From: Anaeramoeba ignava BMAN
Lineage: Eukaryota; Protista; Anaeramoebae
Length of the DNA: 64,000 nt
Direction: 5' to 3'
NCBI GenBank assembly: GCA_028826165.1
Contig: JAPDFW010000147.1
Coordinates: 682,001-746,000, forward strand
Made by a program: the position numbers and the translations under genes. Every line of letters begins with the position of its first letter. The stretch's first letter is position 1. Of the stretch, positions 33,545-47,698 are shown piece after piece. Below the pieces are notes generated by a model. That model saw only the letters and a program-made list of their open reading frames with translations, had not been told where the DNA came from and did no database searches.

Positions 33545-33771
33545 AAAATCGTTCCGAATTGATTTTATTCCCCTTTTTTTCTTTCAATTCTTTTTTTAGA
33601 TTTTTTTTTTCTTTTCAAAAAATAAATAAAATTTTTTTTTTTCTTTTCAAATCTTTCATTTTTTTTCTTTTTTCTTTTATTTTATTTTATTTTTCAACGT
33701 TTTCTTTTTAAATTTAATTTAAAACAAAAAAATATAAAACAAAAAAATATAAAACAAAATATAAAACAAAA

Positions 33772-36700
33772 ATGTCAAAAAAAGGTTTTTTACTTTTAAA
33801 AATTGCAAAAAAAACAAGGCAATGTTATGTTATTTTAGATTCAGGATTTTTATTATATAATCAATGTGATAAAGTTGATTTTTATTATTTTATTTCAACA
33901 AAAAAAAAACACAAAATTAAATCAAAATAAAAAAATTAAATTAAATTAAATTAAATTAATAAAAAAAATTAAAGAAAAAAAATCCAACGAAAAATCTTGG
34001 ATCAATTTATTTAGCCCAATATACTGCAAGTGATATTTCTTCTTTAGATAGTTCTCAAAAGAATTCATTTGCTCTTATTCCTGGAAAAGATGCTCAAAAT
34101 TATCCTTCTTTTTTTTTCATTTCTGAAACTGAAAATGATAAAATTAGTTGGTTAAATTCTTTAAAAAGATCTATTTCTGATATTCAATTTAAAATTTCTA
34201 ATTTAGAAGAAGTAAATCTAAATCTAAATCTAAATATAAATATAAATATAAATATAAATATAAATCTAAATCTAAATCTAAATCAAAATCAAAATCTAAA
34301 TCAAAATATAAATCTAAATCTAAATCAAAATATAAAATATAAATATAAATATAAATATAAATATAAATATAAATATAAATCTAAATCTAAATCTAAATAT
34401 AAATATAAATATAAATATAAATCTAAATATAAATCTAAATCTAAATATAAATATAAATATAAAATATAAATATAAATATAAATATAAATATAAATCTAAA
34501 TCTAAATCTAAATCTAAATCTAAATCAAAATCTAAATCTAAATCTAAATCTAAATCTAAATCTAAATCTAAATCTAAATCTAAATCTAAATCAAAATATA
34601 AATATAAATCTAAATATAAATCTAAATCTAAATATAAATCTAAATCTAAATATAAATCTAAATATAAATCTAAATATAAACTAAATCTAAAATATAAATC
34701 AAAATATAAATATAAATCAAAATCAAAATATAAATATAAATATAAATCTAAATCTAAATATAAATCTAAATATAAATCTAAATATAAATATAAATATAAA
34801 TATAAATCAATATAAATATAAATCTAAATATAAATATAAATCTAAATCCCAAATCTAAAACAAAATATAAATCAAAATCTAAATATAAATCAAAATATAA
34901 ATCAAAATCAAAATCTAAATCAAAATATAAATATAAATATAAATATAAATATAAATCTAAATCTAAATATAAATATAAATCTAAATCTAAAATATAAATC
35001 TAAATATAAATATAAATATAAATCTAAATATAAATATAAATATAAATATAAATATAAAATATAAATATAAATCAAAATTAAAATATAAATCTAAATATAA
35101 ATATAAATAAATCAAAATATAAATCTAATTATAAATATAAATATAATTATAAATATAAATATAAATATAAATATAAATATAAAATAAATCTAAAATCTAA
35201 ATATAAATCTAAATATAAATCTAAATCTAAATATAAGAATAAAAAATATAAATCAAAATATAAATCAAAATATAAATCTAAATATAAATCTAAATATAAA
35301 TCTAAATATAAATATAAATATAAATCTAAATCTAAATCTAAATCTAAATATAAATATAAATCTAAATATAAATAAAAATATAAATCTAAATCTAAATCTA
35401 AATATAAATATAAATATAAATATAAATTTATTTGTTAGATTGAATTTTCAGCTTTATTATCACCAATTAAAAAGAAAAAATCACATTTTCTTGAAGAAAT
35501 TAAAGGAGAATTAAAGAATGATTCTCTCATTTTAACAGCAAACGAAACTAATACTCCACAAAGTATTTCAAAACCAAATTAAAATTAAAATTCAAATTAA
35601 AATTCAAATTAAAATTAAAATTCAAATTCAAATTCAAATTCAAATTTAAATTCAAATTCAAATTTAAATTCAAATTATTTTTAATTAGATACAATTCCAC
35701 TTAATGTAACAACTGTAGTTCGCCCAGTAAATCATTTAGATAAAATTCGTTGTGATGTTCCAACTTCTTTTTTATTATATAATTCTTCTTCGTATCAATT
35801 CCTTTATAAAATATATTTAAATCAAAAATATATTTAAATATTTAAATAAAAATATATGTTTAAATATTTAAATCAAAAATATATTTAAATATTTAAATAA
35901 AAATATATGTTTAAATATTTAAATCAAAAATATATTTAAATATTTAAATCAAAAATATATGTTTAAATATTTAAAATCAAAATATATTTAAATGTTTAAA
36001 TCAAAAATATATTTAAATCAAAAATATGTTTAAATCAAAAATATATATTTAAATATTTAAATCAAAAATATGTTTAAATATTTAAATCAAAAATATGTTT
36101 AAATATTTAAATCAAAAATATATGTTTAAATATTTAAATCAAAAAAATATTTCAAATAAAAAAAAATTACTAGAAAAACAAGTTATTATTTTCAAACTGC
36201 TTCACAAAATGTAATGAGATCTTGGGTTGAAAATATTACTTATTTATTAATTCAAAAAGAAAGAGAATCAAAAATTTCTCTTAATGTCAATTTAAACTTC
36301 GATTCTTTTTTTGAAAAAAGAACAAATAAAAGAAGAGATATTAGACAACCCAAATTCAAATACGAAAAAAATAAAAATCAAGATCAAGATCAAAATATCA
36401 CAATTAAAAAAGAAACAGGTAGAAATTTAATTTAAAATATAAAAATTAAATTTAAATTCAAAATTAAAAAAAAAGATCAAAAAGATGATGATCAAAAAAA
36501 TGATCAAGAAAATGTTGATCAAAAAGATGTTGATCAAGAAAATGAAAAACTTAAAAAAGGAAAAGGAATAGGAATTCATTCTCTTGTAAATCAAATAGCA
36601 AAACCATCAGCTTTCTCACTTGTTTTTACACAAGATTTAAATCGGCATAAAAAACAATCATCTCAAGGATTTGAAGATCTTTTTCCAGATTTTCTTCTTT

Positions 36701-37555
36701 ATCAATACCAAGTTGCTTCAGAGATTTCAAAAAATTCCCCTAAAGAAAATAGTGCAATTCATTTTGAATCAACATTATTTTGTGATTTTTATATGGCTTC
36801 ATTAGAAGAATTTGAAGATATAAATTATGATGAACCAGATCAAAAAATTCAAGAAGAAATTAAAATTACAAAAAATCCTTTTTCAATTTGGATTCAAGAT
36901 TTATCAAACAATTTACAACAAATCACAACAAAATATCCAAAAATGAATTCAAATCCAAAAATAAATTCAAATTCAAATTCAAATTTCAATTTAAATCAAA
37001 ATGAAATGGAAAATAAAAATATTCCAAAAATTGAATCAAAAGATTCAAATGCACAAATGATTATTAAAATTCTTGTTAGAATAACTCAATATAAATTAAA
37101 AACATTTGAAAATAAAAATAATATTTCTTTATTAAGTTGTGTTGAAGATTATGATCATCTCAAATTAAAAAGTGGATATTATTTTGTTAAGCAAAAAAAT
37201 GGTTTGAATCAAGAAAAACCAAATTTAGAAATTCTTCAAGATTCATGTTTTTTTATTTATGGATTAAATCATCATTTACTTTCAAATTGGATTGAAATTT
37301 TTTCTGAAGATACATTTCTAAACAAATATTATGATGATGAATGTTTTTTTCATGATAAAGAAAATATAAAAGCATTGAATCAATTTTTTTCAAAACTTGA
37401 AGATGTAAATTAAATTAAATTAATTTAAATAATATTTTAATAATTTTTGATTTAAATAATATTGATTTTATTTTTAATTTTTTTAATAGTTTGCTTTTGA
37501 TTTAAGTTTTGATCAAGATAATTTCTCTGAAATTTATGAAGAAGAAAAAAATTAA
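33772..37555 (+). CDS. PH-PH-RUN domain protein; exons 33772-33873, 33975-34211, 35439-35562, 35689-35791, 36174-36418, 36476-37404, 37490-37555; ~601 aa
   Basis: PH1: KKGFLLLK...CYVILDSGFLLY...GSIYL...FFISETENDKISWLNSL. PH2 ends YYFQTASQNVMRSWVENI. RUN C-terminal core: FFIYGLNHHLLSNWIEIF...LNKYYDDECFF...LEDFAFDL. All six introns are GT-AG with consistent phases. Confidence 0.8.
34212..35438 (+). repeat. Intron made of AAATAT/AAATCT hexamers
   Basis: Direct reading; GT...AG ends. Confidence 0.9.
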
Positions 37556-37722
37556 TCAAAAAAAAAGAAAGAAAAAATTTCAAACTCTTTTTTTTTAAAA
37601 GAATTTCCAATTTAATTCTTAATTCTTAATTCTATTTTTTTTTATAATTTTTTAAAAATTAAAAATTATTTTTTTCATTTTTTTCATTTTTTTCCTTTTA
37701 ATTTTTTTTATTAAAAAACAAA

Positions 37723-40511
37723 ATGGATGGAACATTAATTGAAAATCAATTTATGAATTTAACAAAATGCTCCAAAGAATTAGCAAAAGCTATATTGTCA
37801 ATGCATAATTACAAACTAGAAGATGCACTAAAAACTTTTATAACAACACCAATAAATGAATTAATTGAAAAAATCCAAAATTTTGTTGGAGAAAAAGAAA
37901 CTGAAAAAAAAACTGAAAAAACACAAACTTATAAACCAAAAAAATTGGTTTATGGATTTGAAGATTTGGAACCAGAAAAAAAAGGCAAAATGCAAGGTTA
38001 TTTTGTTGGTGGTGGTGCAAGTGGTGTTGAAGTTTATGATAAACAAAATGATATTGTAGAAAAAGTTGTGAATCATAAAAAAGAAAAAGATAATAAAAAA
38101 GAAGATGATAAAAATGAAATTAAAATTGAAAATGATAATGAAAATGAAAATGAAAATGATAATGATAATGAAAATGAAAATGATAATGAAAATGATAATA
38201 AAATTGAAGATAAAATTGAAGATGATGATAAACCATTTGAAATTAAAATTGAGGATAATAAAAAAGATAATAAAATTGAAGAAGATAAACCATTTGGAAT
38301 TAAAAAAGAAGATGATAAAAAAGAAGATGAAATTGAAGATGATAAACCATTTGGAATTAAAAAAGAAGATGATAAAGAAGATAATAAAATTGAAGATAAA
38401 AAAGAAGATAATAAAATTGAAGAAGATAAACCATTTGAAATGAAAATTGAGGATAATAAAAAAGATAATAAAATTGAAGATGATGATAAACCATTTGAAA
38501 TTAAAATTGAGGATAATAAAAAAGATAATAAAATTGAAGAAGATAATAAACCATTTGGAATTAAAAAAGAAGATGATAAAAAAGATAATAAAATTGAAGA
38601 TGATGATAAACCATTTGAAATTAAAATTGAGGATAATAAAAAAGAAGATGAAATTGAAGATGATGATAAACCATTTGGAATTAAAATTGAAGATAAAATT
38701 GAAGATAAAATTGAGGATAATAAAAAAGAAGATGATAAAAAAGAAGATAAAAATGAAGAGAAAAAAGAAGATAATGAAATCAAAATAGAGGATGAAATTA
38801 AAAAAGAAGATGATAATGAAATTGAAGAGGAAAATTTTCAAATTCATACAATTTATTTATGGAATAATGGATTCTTAATTGATGAATCTGAATTACTTGA
38901 TTATGAAAAACCTCAAAATCATTTATTTTTTGAAAAACTTTTAGAAGATGAAATTCCTGAACAATTTTATATTAATGGAAATCCACCAAAAAAATTTGAT
39001 TATAAAATTGAGGATAATAGAGAAAGAAATTATTATGCACCTCCAAAGAAAGTTCGTGTATTTACAGGTCAAGGAAATGTAATAGGACATCAAAAAACAC
39101 AAGATGAAATTATTAAGATTGAAAAACCAAAAGAAGAATCAAAAGAAGAATCAAAAGAAGAATCAAAAGAAGAATCAAAAGAAGAATCAAAAGAAGAACC
39201 AAAAGAAGAATCAAAAGAAAAATTAATGGAAATTGAAAATCAAAATCAAAATCAAAATCAAAATCAAACAATGGATGTTGAATCTCAATTAAAAGAAGAA
39301 AATAATGAAAATGATCCAGATTTAAAAAATCAGTTACTTAATCAAATGATTGAAAATTCACAAGAAGAAAAGGAAATTGATACAGGAAATAAATTAGGAA
39401 ATTTAAAAACAGAAGAAGATGATGATTCATTTTTCTTTTATTGCGCCACCAAAACCAGAAACAAAACCAGAACAACAAACAGAACAAAAACAGAACAAAA
39501 ACAGAACAAAAAACAGAACAACAAACAGAACAGCAAACAGAACAACAAACAGAACAAAAACCAGAACAAAAAACAGAACAACAACCTATTGAAAAAACTA
39601 TTGAAAAACCTATTGAAAAACTATTGAAAAACCTATTGAAAAACCTATTCAAAAACCTATTGAAAAACCTATTGAAAAACCTATTCAAAAACCTATTGAA
39701 AAACCTATTGAAAAACCTATTGAAAAACCTATTGAAAAACCTATTGAAAAAACTATTGAAAAAACTATTGAAAAACTATTCAAAAACCTATTGAAAAACC
39801 TATTGAAAAACCTATTGAAAAACCTATTCAAAAACCTATTGAAAAACCTATTGAAAAAACTATTGAAAAACCTATTGAAAAAACTATTGAAAAAACTTTT
39901 CAAAAATTTAAAAAACCTATTGAAAAACCTACAAAAAAAAACTATTGAAAAACCTATTCAAAAACCTATTGAAAAACCTATTGAAACAAATTGAAAAACC
40001 TATTCAAAAACCTATTCAACAAAATGAAGACTTTTCCAAAAAATCTAATGATGAATTTTTTCAACAATTTTTTCAACAATTTAATCAAATCAATCAACAA
40101 AAAAAGCAACAAAATCAACAGTTAATTCAACAATTTGTTCAAACTTTCAGTCAAATGAATCAAATTCCAAATCAAACTAAAAATCAAATTCCAAATCAAA
40201 TTAAAAATCAAATTAAAAATCAAATTAAAAATCAAATTCCAAATCAAACTAAAAATCAAATTACTGAAGATTTAAATCAAGAAACTTCAATTCAATTACA
40301 ATTTTTTGATGGAAAAAAAATCATTTCTAAATTTAAATTAAATTCTACAATTTCAGATATAAAAAATTTCATTTTACAATCAAGACCAGAATTTGAACAA
40401 ATTAATTTCTCTTTAATGACACTTGGTCCAAGAAAAATTTATACAAATGATTCAGCTACAATAAAAGAAGAAAATTTAATGAATTCTCGAATTATAATTA
40501 TTCGAAAATGA
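37723..40511 (+). CDS. NSFL1C: p47/Shp1-family Cdc48/p97 cofactor (UBA-SEP-SHP-UBX) with large repeat insertions; frameshifts at ~39440 and within 39600-39990
   Basis: UBA-like N-terminus; YFVGGGASG; SEP domain [11 protein letters not shown]...; SHP box FTGQGNVIG; UBX domain [26 protein letters not shown]...[12 protein letters not shown]. Confidence 0.85.
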
Positions 40512-40653
40512 AAAATCAAAATCAAAATCAAAAAGAAAAATCAATTCTTTTTTTTTTTCTTTCATTTCAAATTTTTTTTCATTTCAAAAATCAATCAATC
40601 AATCAAAACAAATTAAGAACTTTTTTTTTTTTGGTTTGTTCAAATTTTTTTTT

Positions 40654-43379
40654 TCAATTTCTTATTTCATTTGAATGAGATTTACAAATTAAACAAACTC
40701 GATAAGTTTTATTAGGATCAATCCAAGGAATAATTTCTCGATGAGAAGTGCAATAATTACAAGCAACAAGACCACATTTTCTACAATGATGCTTTTATTT
40801 ATAAAAAATATATAAATAAAAATATAAAATAAATTTTGATTTTTTAATTTACTCTTCTTCTAAAAACAGTAAATTTAATTCCACATATGAAACAACAATG
40901 TTCAACTGGATCTGGTTGAAAAATTGGAAAAGGAGGTGAAGAAATTAATTGATAATCCAAAAATATTGATGAAAATAAAATAAACCATGTTTCTTTTTCT
41001 TCAATTGATTTAAATGTAAAAATAATTCTTTTTTGAGGATGATAAGAACGAAGTTCCAAAAGTTTATTGGATTGATCTATTTGTTAAATAAGATATAAAT
41101 CCATCAAATAAATTTAAATTTGTTAAATAAGATATAAATTCATCAAATAAATTTAAATTTTTAAATAAGATATAAATTCATCAAATAAATTTAAATTTAT
41201 TAAATAAGATATAAATTCATCAAATAAATTTAAATTTATTAAATAAGATATAAATTCATCAAAGAGATTTAAATTTGTTAAATAAGATATAAATTCATCA
41301 AATAAATTTAAATTTATTAAATAAGATATAAATCCATCAAATAAATTTAAATTTGTTAAATAAGATATAAATTCATCAAATAAATTTAAATTTATTAAAT
41401 AAGATATAAATCCATCAAATAAATTTAAATTTATTAAATAAGATATAAATTCATCAAATAAATTTAAATTTATTAAATAAGATATAAATCCATCAAAGAG
41501 ATTTAAATTTGTTAAATAAGATATAAATTCATCAAATAAATTTAAATTTATTAAATAAGATATAAATTCATCAAAGAGATTTAAATTTGTTAAATAAGAT
41601 ATAAATTCATCAAATAAATTTAAATTTGTTAAATAAGATATAAATTCATCAAATAAATTTAAATTTGGAAAAGAAATTTACTGCGTTTTTTTCTCAGAAA
41701 CCATCTACTAAATGGTATTTCTTGAATCAACTAAATTAAAAATAATATTATTTTTTATAAATTATAAATCAATTATAAATAAATTAGAAATCAATTATAA
41801 ATCAATTATAAATCAATTTACTTCAAAGTTATTTCCATTTTTTTGAGTAATAACAATAGATTGTTTAAAGAAAAATACTTCTGTTGGAATGACTTGCTTA
41901 TTCAATTTCATATTCATTGAAGTTCTAAAAAGAAAAGAATTTTTTTTTGTTCCAAAATCCTGAATAATTTTGATCTATATTTGAATTTGAATTTGAATTT
42001 TATATTTGAATTTGATTTTGATTTTATATTTGAATTTGATTTTATATTTGATTTTGATTTTATATTTGATTTTGATTTTATATTTGAATTTGAATTTGAA
42101 TTTATACAGTTTTGAACTCTGGAATAAGTTGAGAAAAAAAAGATTTAAATTGATCACCAATTTTCTTTTTTAAGGAATTATTAATCTTCTTGGATAATAC
42201 TTTAAAATAATCAAGGATAAATTTAACTTTATATTTATTTAATGAAGTTTTAAATTTTTTGTTCTCAATCATCTTTAAAAATTTTTGTTAAATTTTTGAT
42301 AAATTCTTGTTAAGTTTTTTTTTGAAATCTTTTTTAAATTTTGAAATTATTTACAAATAAATAAAATTCATATCTTAAAATCCAAAAAATTGGAATAAGA
42401 AAATAATATCTATAAAATTTAGATTGAGGATCTTGCTAAAATTTAATTTAGAAATATAAAAAATATTTAATTAAAAAATATTGATTTTTTGATTTTTTGA
42501 TTTTTTGATTTTTCACATTTTTTTCAGTTTCAATAAAATTGCAATATTTATCAATCCATGAATAACTTTCTTCAAAAAGATCTAAATAATCAGAATAATA
42601 ATTCAAACTTAGAATCTATTTTTTAAAAAATATTAAAAAAAAATATTAAAAAAAAATATTAATAAAAAATAAAATCAAGAAATTTTACAATTTTATATAA
42701 ACAATTAATAAAAGAACTTAAAATTTTTGTATGATTAGATTCAGGAATATTCGTTTCAAATTCATTAATTAATAATGAACTATACTAAATTTTTTTAAAA
42801 AAAATGATAAATTTAATTTAAAAAATTTTCAATTATTTTGTTTTTGAAAATTTACTTTATGAATCATTTTTAAATTTTCAAATAATTTTGATTTAAGTTT
42901 TAATGGAAATTGATTTTTTTCATTTAAATTTGAGAAATTTTCCTGTAAAAAGAACAAAAAAAACAATTTAATTTTTTAAATAATTTTTTAATAATAAAAA
43001 TTTTACTTCATTTAAATTAGAAAGTTCATTTAAATAATTTTTTTCATCTTTCAAAATTTGTTTTATTAAAATTGGAATAAAAAATTCTAAAAGATTTTCT
43101 GCTAAAATAAAATAATAAAATATAATAAAATAATAAATGTTTTGTTTTTATAATTTTTTGTTATAATTTTTTTTTAAATTTACTTTCAATTTCATTTTGA
43201 TTTTCATTTTGATTTTGATTTTGAATTTGATTTTGATTTTCATTTTGATTTTCAATTTCTTTTTCTTTTTCATTTTCATTCATTTGTTCATTTTCATTCA
43301 TTTGTTCATTTTCTTTTTCATTTTCATTCATTTGTTCATTTTCATTCATTTGTTCAATTTCATTCATTTTGATTTTCAT
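40654..43379 (-). CDS. FGD/frabin-like DH(RhoGEF)-PH-FYVE protein, 11 exons
   Basis: Traced exons give DH-like IKQILKDEKNYLNELSNL, FEYYSDYL and YFLIPIFWILRYEFYL. PH domain ends IFTFKSIEEKETWF. FYVE domain FQPD..CFICGIKFTVFRRR|HHCRKCGLVACNYC...RVCLIC. Confidence 0.8.
41085..41667. repeat. 39-bp intronic minisatellite, about 15 copies (TAAATAAGATATAAATTCATCAAATAAATTTAAATTT[A/G]T)
   Basis: Period 39, read directly (e.g. starts at 41201 and 41240); lies inside an intron of the FGD-like gene. Confidence 0.92.
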
Positions 43380-43412
43380 TTTTAAAAAGAAAAAGAAAAA
43401 TGAAAAATTTTT

Positions 43413-46400
43413 CTAATTTTTATTATGGATTTTCAATTTCTTTTTCTTTTTTTTTAATTTTTCTTTTCCTAAAAAGAATAAATTTCGACAATAAATTGCT
43501 TCTTTTCTAACAATTCTTTTTTTATCATTTAAAGCAACTTTAAGATTTTTAATAATAATTTGTTTAAAATTTTCCGAAATTTCAAATTGATTTAAAGCCA
43601 ATTTAGAAAGAGTTTTTAAAGAAGAAAGTCTAACTTGAAGAGGATTTTTTTCTGAAACAGTTTTAAGAAGAGAAATAATAATATCTTCAACTTGATTTGA
43701 GGGAAAAACACTTGGTTCATCCAAAAATAATGATAAAGCTTGAATGCAGTTATTATTAATTGAATTTAAATCCTTTTCTTTGAATGTTTTTTTATTTTCA
43801 TCTCCAAAATTTTGTTGTTGAAAATCCAAAAGAGTCTCAAAAATTAACTTTGTAATATTGGATGAATTTTCTTGAATCAATTCACTGGAAATGTTATTAT
43901 ATGTGAATGAAAAAGCTGATGAATAAAAAAATTTCAATTTTTCATCTGTTTGTTTCAATTGCTCAAAAAGATTTGGAAAAATTTTCTTAAAAAATTCCGA
44001 TTTCAAATGAGAAAGTAAATTAGTTGATAAAAAATCAGTAAAAAAATTGAATAAATGCATTTTCATTTCTTGTGATTCTTCGAAAATGATTTGGAATCCT
44101 TGCCATAAATTTTGGATGAGTTTTGTTTCCAAATCTTGTATTTTTGGCGAAATTGAATCCCAAATAGGAATTAATTGAACAAAATCATCTGCAAAAATCA
44201 ATGATTTGATGATCCAAAATAGAAGAATAATTGAATTTGGTAAAAAATCATCAGATTGATTTTCTGTTTGTTTTTCAGCAATATTCTGAACAGAATCATT
44301 GATTAATTTCTTCATTTGAGCTTGAATTTGGTTGATTTTTTGGTCTTTATTGTTGAATTTACTCATTTTCAAATTCAAAAAAAATAAGGCTTGATTTGAA
44401 TATTGACGAGTTAACGCATGTTTTGAATTCAAAGCTAATGAATATAAGTTTTCTAAAGAGTTTTGTGGATTTTGTATAAAAATTTCAAAGCTTGATTTGT
44501 TCATCAATCCAAGAGTAATTGCAAAAAAAACAGGAACATAATCATTCAAATTTAACGGAGTAATATTGACTTGGAAAATTGATCGTTTCTTTTCTTGTGG
44601 ATCAGTTACTTCAACTCTTTTATCAAGATAAAATTGCATGATTTTTGTGTAAAATGATTTTTGGTTGCCTAAAAATCTGTAAATTGTTGAGAACATGTAA
44701 ACTAAATTCTCAAATATTTCCTCATTTTCCAGAAGTAAATTGTGCGAACACATCATTAAAATAATCCATGAAAAAAAGAACTGATGAAAATCTTTTGAAA
44801 TATCTTGAATCACTTGATAAATACTAAATCCAGTTGATTCTTTTTTCTCAATATCACTTTGCATTAAATTTCGAAGTAGATTTTTTGAAATTTCAAGTGC
44901 TTTTTTTGTCATGAATTCAGATTTTTTCTGAAGAGAAGAAATAATCAAATGGATGAATTGGGAGAAAATGTTTGTGAAAAGAAAATCTGATTTGGAAACA
45001 CTAACACAAAAATTGACCAAATCATTAAGTGTTGCTTTTTCAAAAATTGATTTTGGTTTTTGTGGTTGATTTTCTTGAGTGTTAATGTTTTCGTTTTGGA
45101 TTTCCATTGTAATATTTTGCTCATCTTCATCATTTGCAGAATTTGTTATATCAACATATTTTTGAATTTCTGCAAACAACTCTTGGAGTAATATTTCTTT
45201 CAATGATTTTTGGAAGGGAATACTATGGATTGAAAGAATCACAATTGAATCCAAAATGGAGGGAATCAATTCCGTTTTTTTTTGAGTAAAAATGTACTTT
45301 TGGAAAAGTTGAACCAAAAGATTTGCTTCATTTGAATCAAATATAACTAGTCTCCCGAGTTGAGAAATACCCTTAATGGCATATATTGGTAATTGTGATG
45401 AATGAGCATCATCAAATGATTTTATGTTTGAATCCAAATCTTCGTGTAAATCAATAATTTTGTGGTAAATTTCCATTAATTGATCATAAGGAATATTTGA
45501 AACAATTCTTCCATTTGGATTTTGAGTTGATTTCAAAATTTTGTAAATTAATTTCAAAAAAAGATATCGATAAACAGATTTGGAATCATTTAAATTTTGA
45601 TACTCAGAAACACTGAGTGGAAAGAATTCTGAAAATAAAATTTCATTTGCAATATCTGATGATAAACATGCTGTTTCAATCAATTTAATTCCTGTTGATA
45701 TTTGCTCCGAATTTTTTGAATTGAAGATTGATTCTTTGCAAGATGGAATCAAATAGTTCTGAAGAAATTCATTGAGTTTTGTTGATTTTTCAAAAGTTTC
45801 ATGTGAAAGTTGGAAAAGAAAATTTTCAATAGATTTTAATGCATATTTCAACACTGATTTATCAAAAAGATTTTCAGAAATTTCAATGTTAAATGTTTCC
45901 CATATTGATCTAAAAAAAGGAGCAAGAATATCTTCCGAATATTGAGTAAAAATTAATGAAAAAAGTTTAAATGATTGAGTTTTTGTTTCAACACTAATTG
46001 AATCAATTTTATCAAGAATAAATGGAATCAAATATTTTGCAAAATGTGTTGTTGAAATGAAACATTGATTCAAATTCTCTACTAAATCTTTGTTTGTAAT
46101 TTTCTTCATGTTTTTTGGTGGTTCAAATGTTATTGGAAAATAGCATGATATTAAATTGAATAATTCTTGTGAATTTTTTGAGATTATATTATCTGGAAAT
46201 GAAGAAATTGCAATTTTAAAAATTTGGAAAAAAACTAGAATATTTCTTGGATCTTTTTCTCCTTTCATTATTCGAATAAAGATTTCAATAAAGTTTGGTT
46301 GATTTTTTTTAATTTCTAATTTTTAATTTTATAAATAAAATTTTAATATTTAATTTTAATTTTAATTTTAATATTAATTTTAATTTTAATTTTAATTTTA

Positions 46401-47698
46401 ATTTTTATTTTAATTTTGATTTTAATTTTAATTTTAATTTTAATTTTTAATTTTAATTTTAATTTTAATTTTAATTTTAATTTTAATTTTAATTTTAATT
46501 TTAATTTTAATTTTAATTTTAATTTTAATTTTAATTTTAATTTTAATTTTAATTTTAATTTTTAATTTTAATTTTAATTTTTAATTTTAATTTTAATTTT
46601 TAATTTTAATTTTAATTTTTAATTTTAATTTAATTTAATTTTATTTAATTTTAATTTTAAATTTTAATTTTAAATTTAATTTTAATTTTAATTTTAATTT
46701 TAATTTTAATTTTAATTTTAATTTTAATTTTAATATTTAATTTTAATTTTAATTTTAATTTTAATTTTAATATTTAATTTTAATTTTTGGAAAATTTACC
46801 ATCTAAATGTGTTTTAAGAATATATAGAATAGTTTTTGCAATTTGAATTCTTGATTTTTGTTGTAAACTTGGGACATGAACATGTGAATGAATTCTTTTT
46901 AAAATTTTTAATTTTTAATTTTAATTTTAAATTTAATTTTTTTAAAATTTTACTCAAAAATAAATTCTTGTGATTGTTTTTTTGTTAAACCAAAATGTTT
47001 CATAATTGCATAAATTCCTTGAATTACAGCAGGAATTACAGAATAATCCTAAATAAAAAAATTGAATTAAATTATATTTTTAAATTAAATTGAATTGAAT
47101 TATATTTTTAAATTGAATTGAATTATATTTTTAAATTGAATTATATTTTTAAATTGAATTAAATTAAATTAAATTATATTTTTAAATTAAATTAAATATT
47201 AAATTATATTTTTAAATTGAATTTTTAAATTGAATTGAATTATATTTTTAAATTAAATTATATTTTTAAATTGAATTGAATTTTTAAATTGAATTGAATT
47301 AAATTAAATATTAAATTGGATTTTATTTTTAAATTGAATACTTGAAATTTTCTTTTAAAAAATCCAAAAAATAAATCAATTGTATTTTCATCAATTAAAG
47401 AAGAATCTAATTTTGATAAAATTTTTGCAAGAAAAAAAAGAGCTAAAAAAAATTTTTTTTTTTTTAAAATTTTTAGTTAAAAAAATAAAAATAATCTTAA
47501 TAAAAAATAATAATAAAAACCTTTATATCTTAAAATATCATCAACACTTGTTAAAGGAACTTGTAATTCTTCAATTAATTGTTGAATTAAAATTTTTTTT
47601 TCTTTTAAAAGTTGAATAATTTCAGAAAATTTTTCATCTCTTTCTTTTTCATTTAAAATTTCAAAAAATTGTTTTAAAAGTGGTTTAAAAAATTCCAT
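43413..47698 (-). CDS. MMS19: MMS19/Met18, HEAT-repeat scaffold of the cytosolic Fe-S assembly targeting complex; 5 exons
   Basis: GEKDPRNIL...ELFNLISCYFPITFEPP and C-terminal LNDKKRIVRKEAIYCRNLFFL. Four upstream GT-AG introns link ATG 47698 in frame. Confidence 0.93.
46316..46799 (-). repeat. MMS19 intron filled with (TTAAAA)n on the sense strand
   Basis: Direct reading. Confidence 0.9.

Noticed and set aside
33500-33600. Possibly truncated Nop53 C-terminus (an alternative frame reads EKIRKSFRIDF)
   Set aside because: Could be another A-run indel but cannot be decided from sequence alone. It does not affect the gene call.
41085-41667. CRISPR-like array
   Set aside because: Head-to-tail repeats with no unique spacers, inside a eukaryotic intron, and no cas genes.
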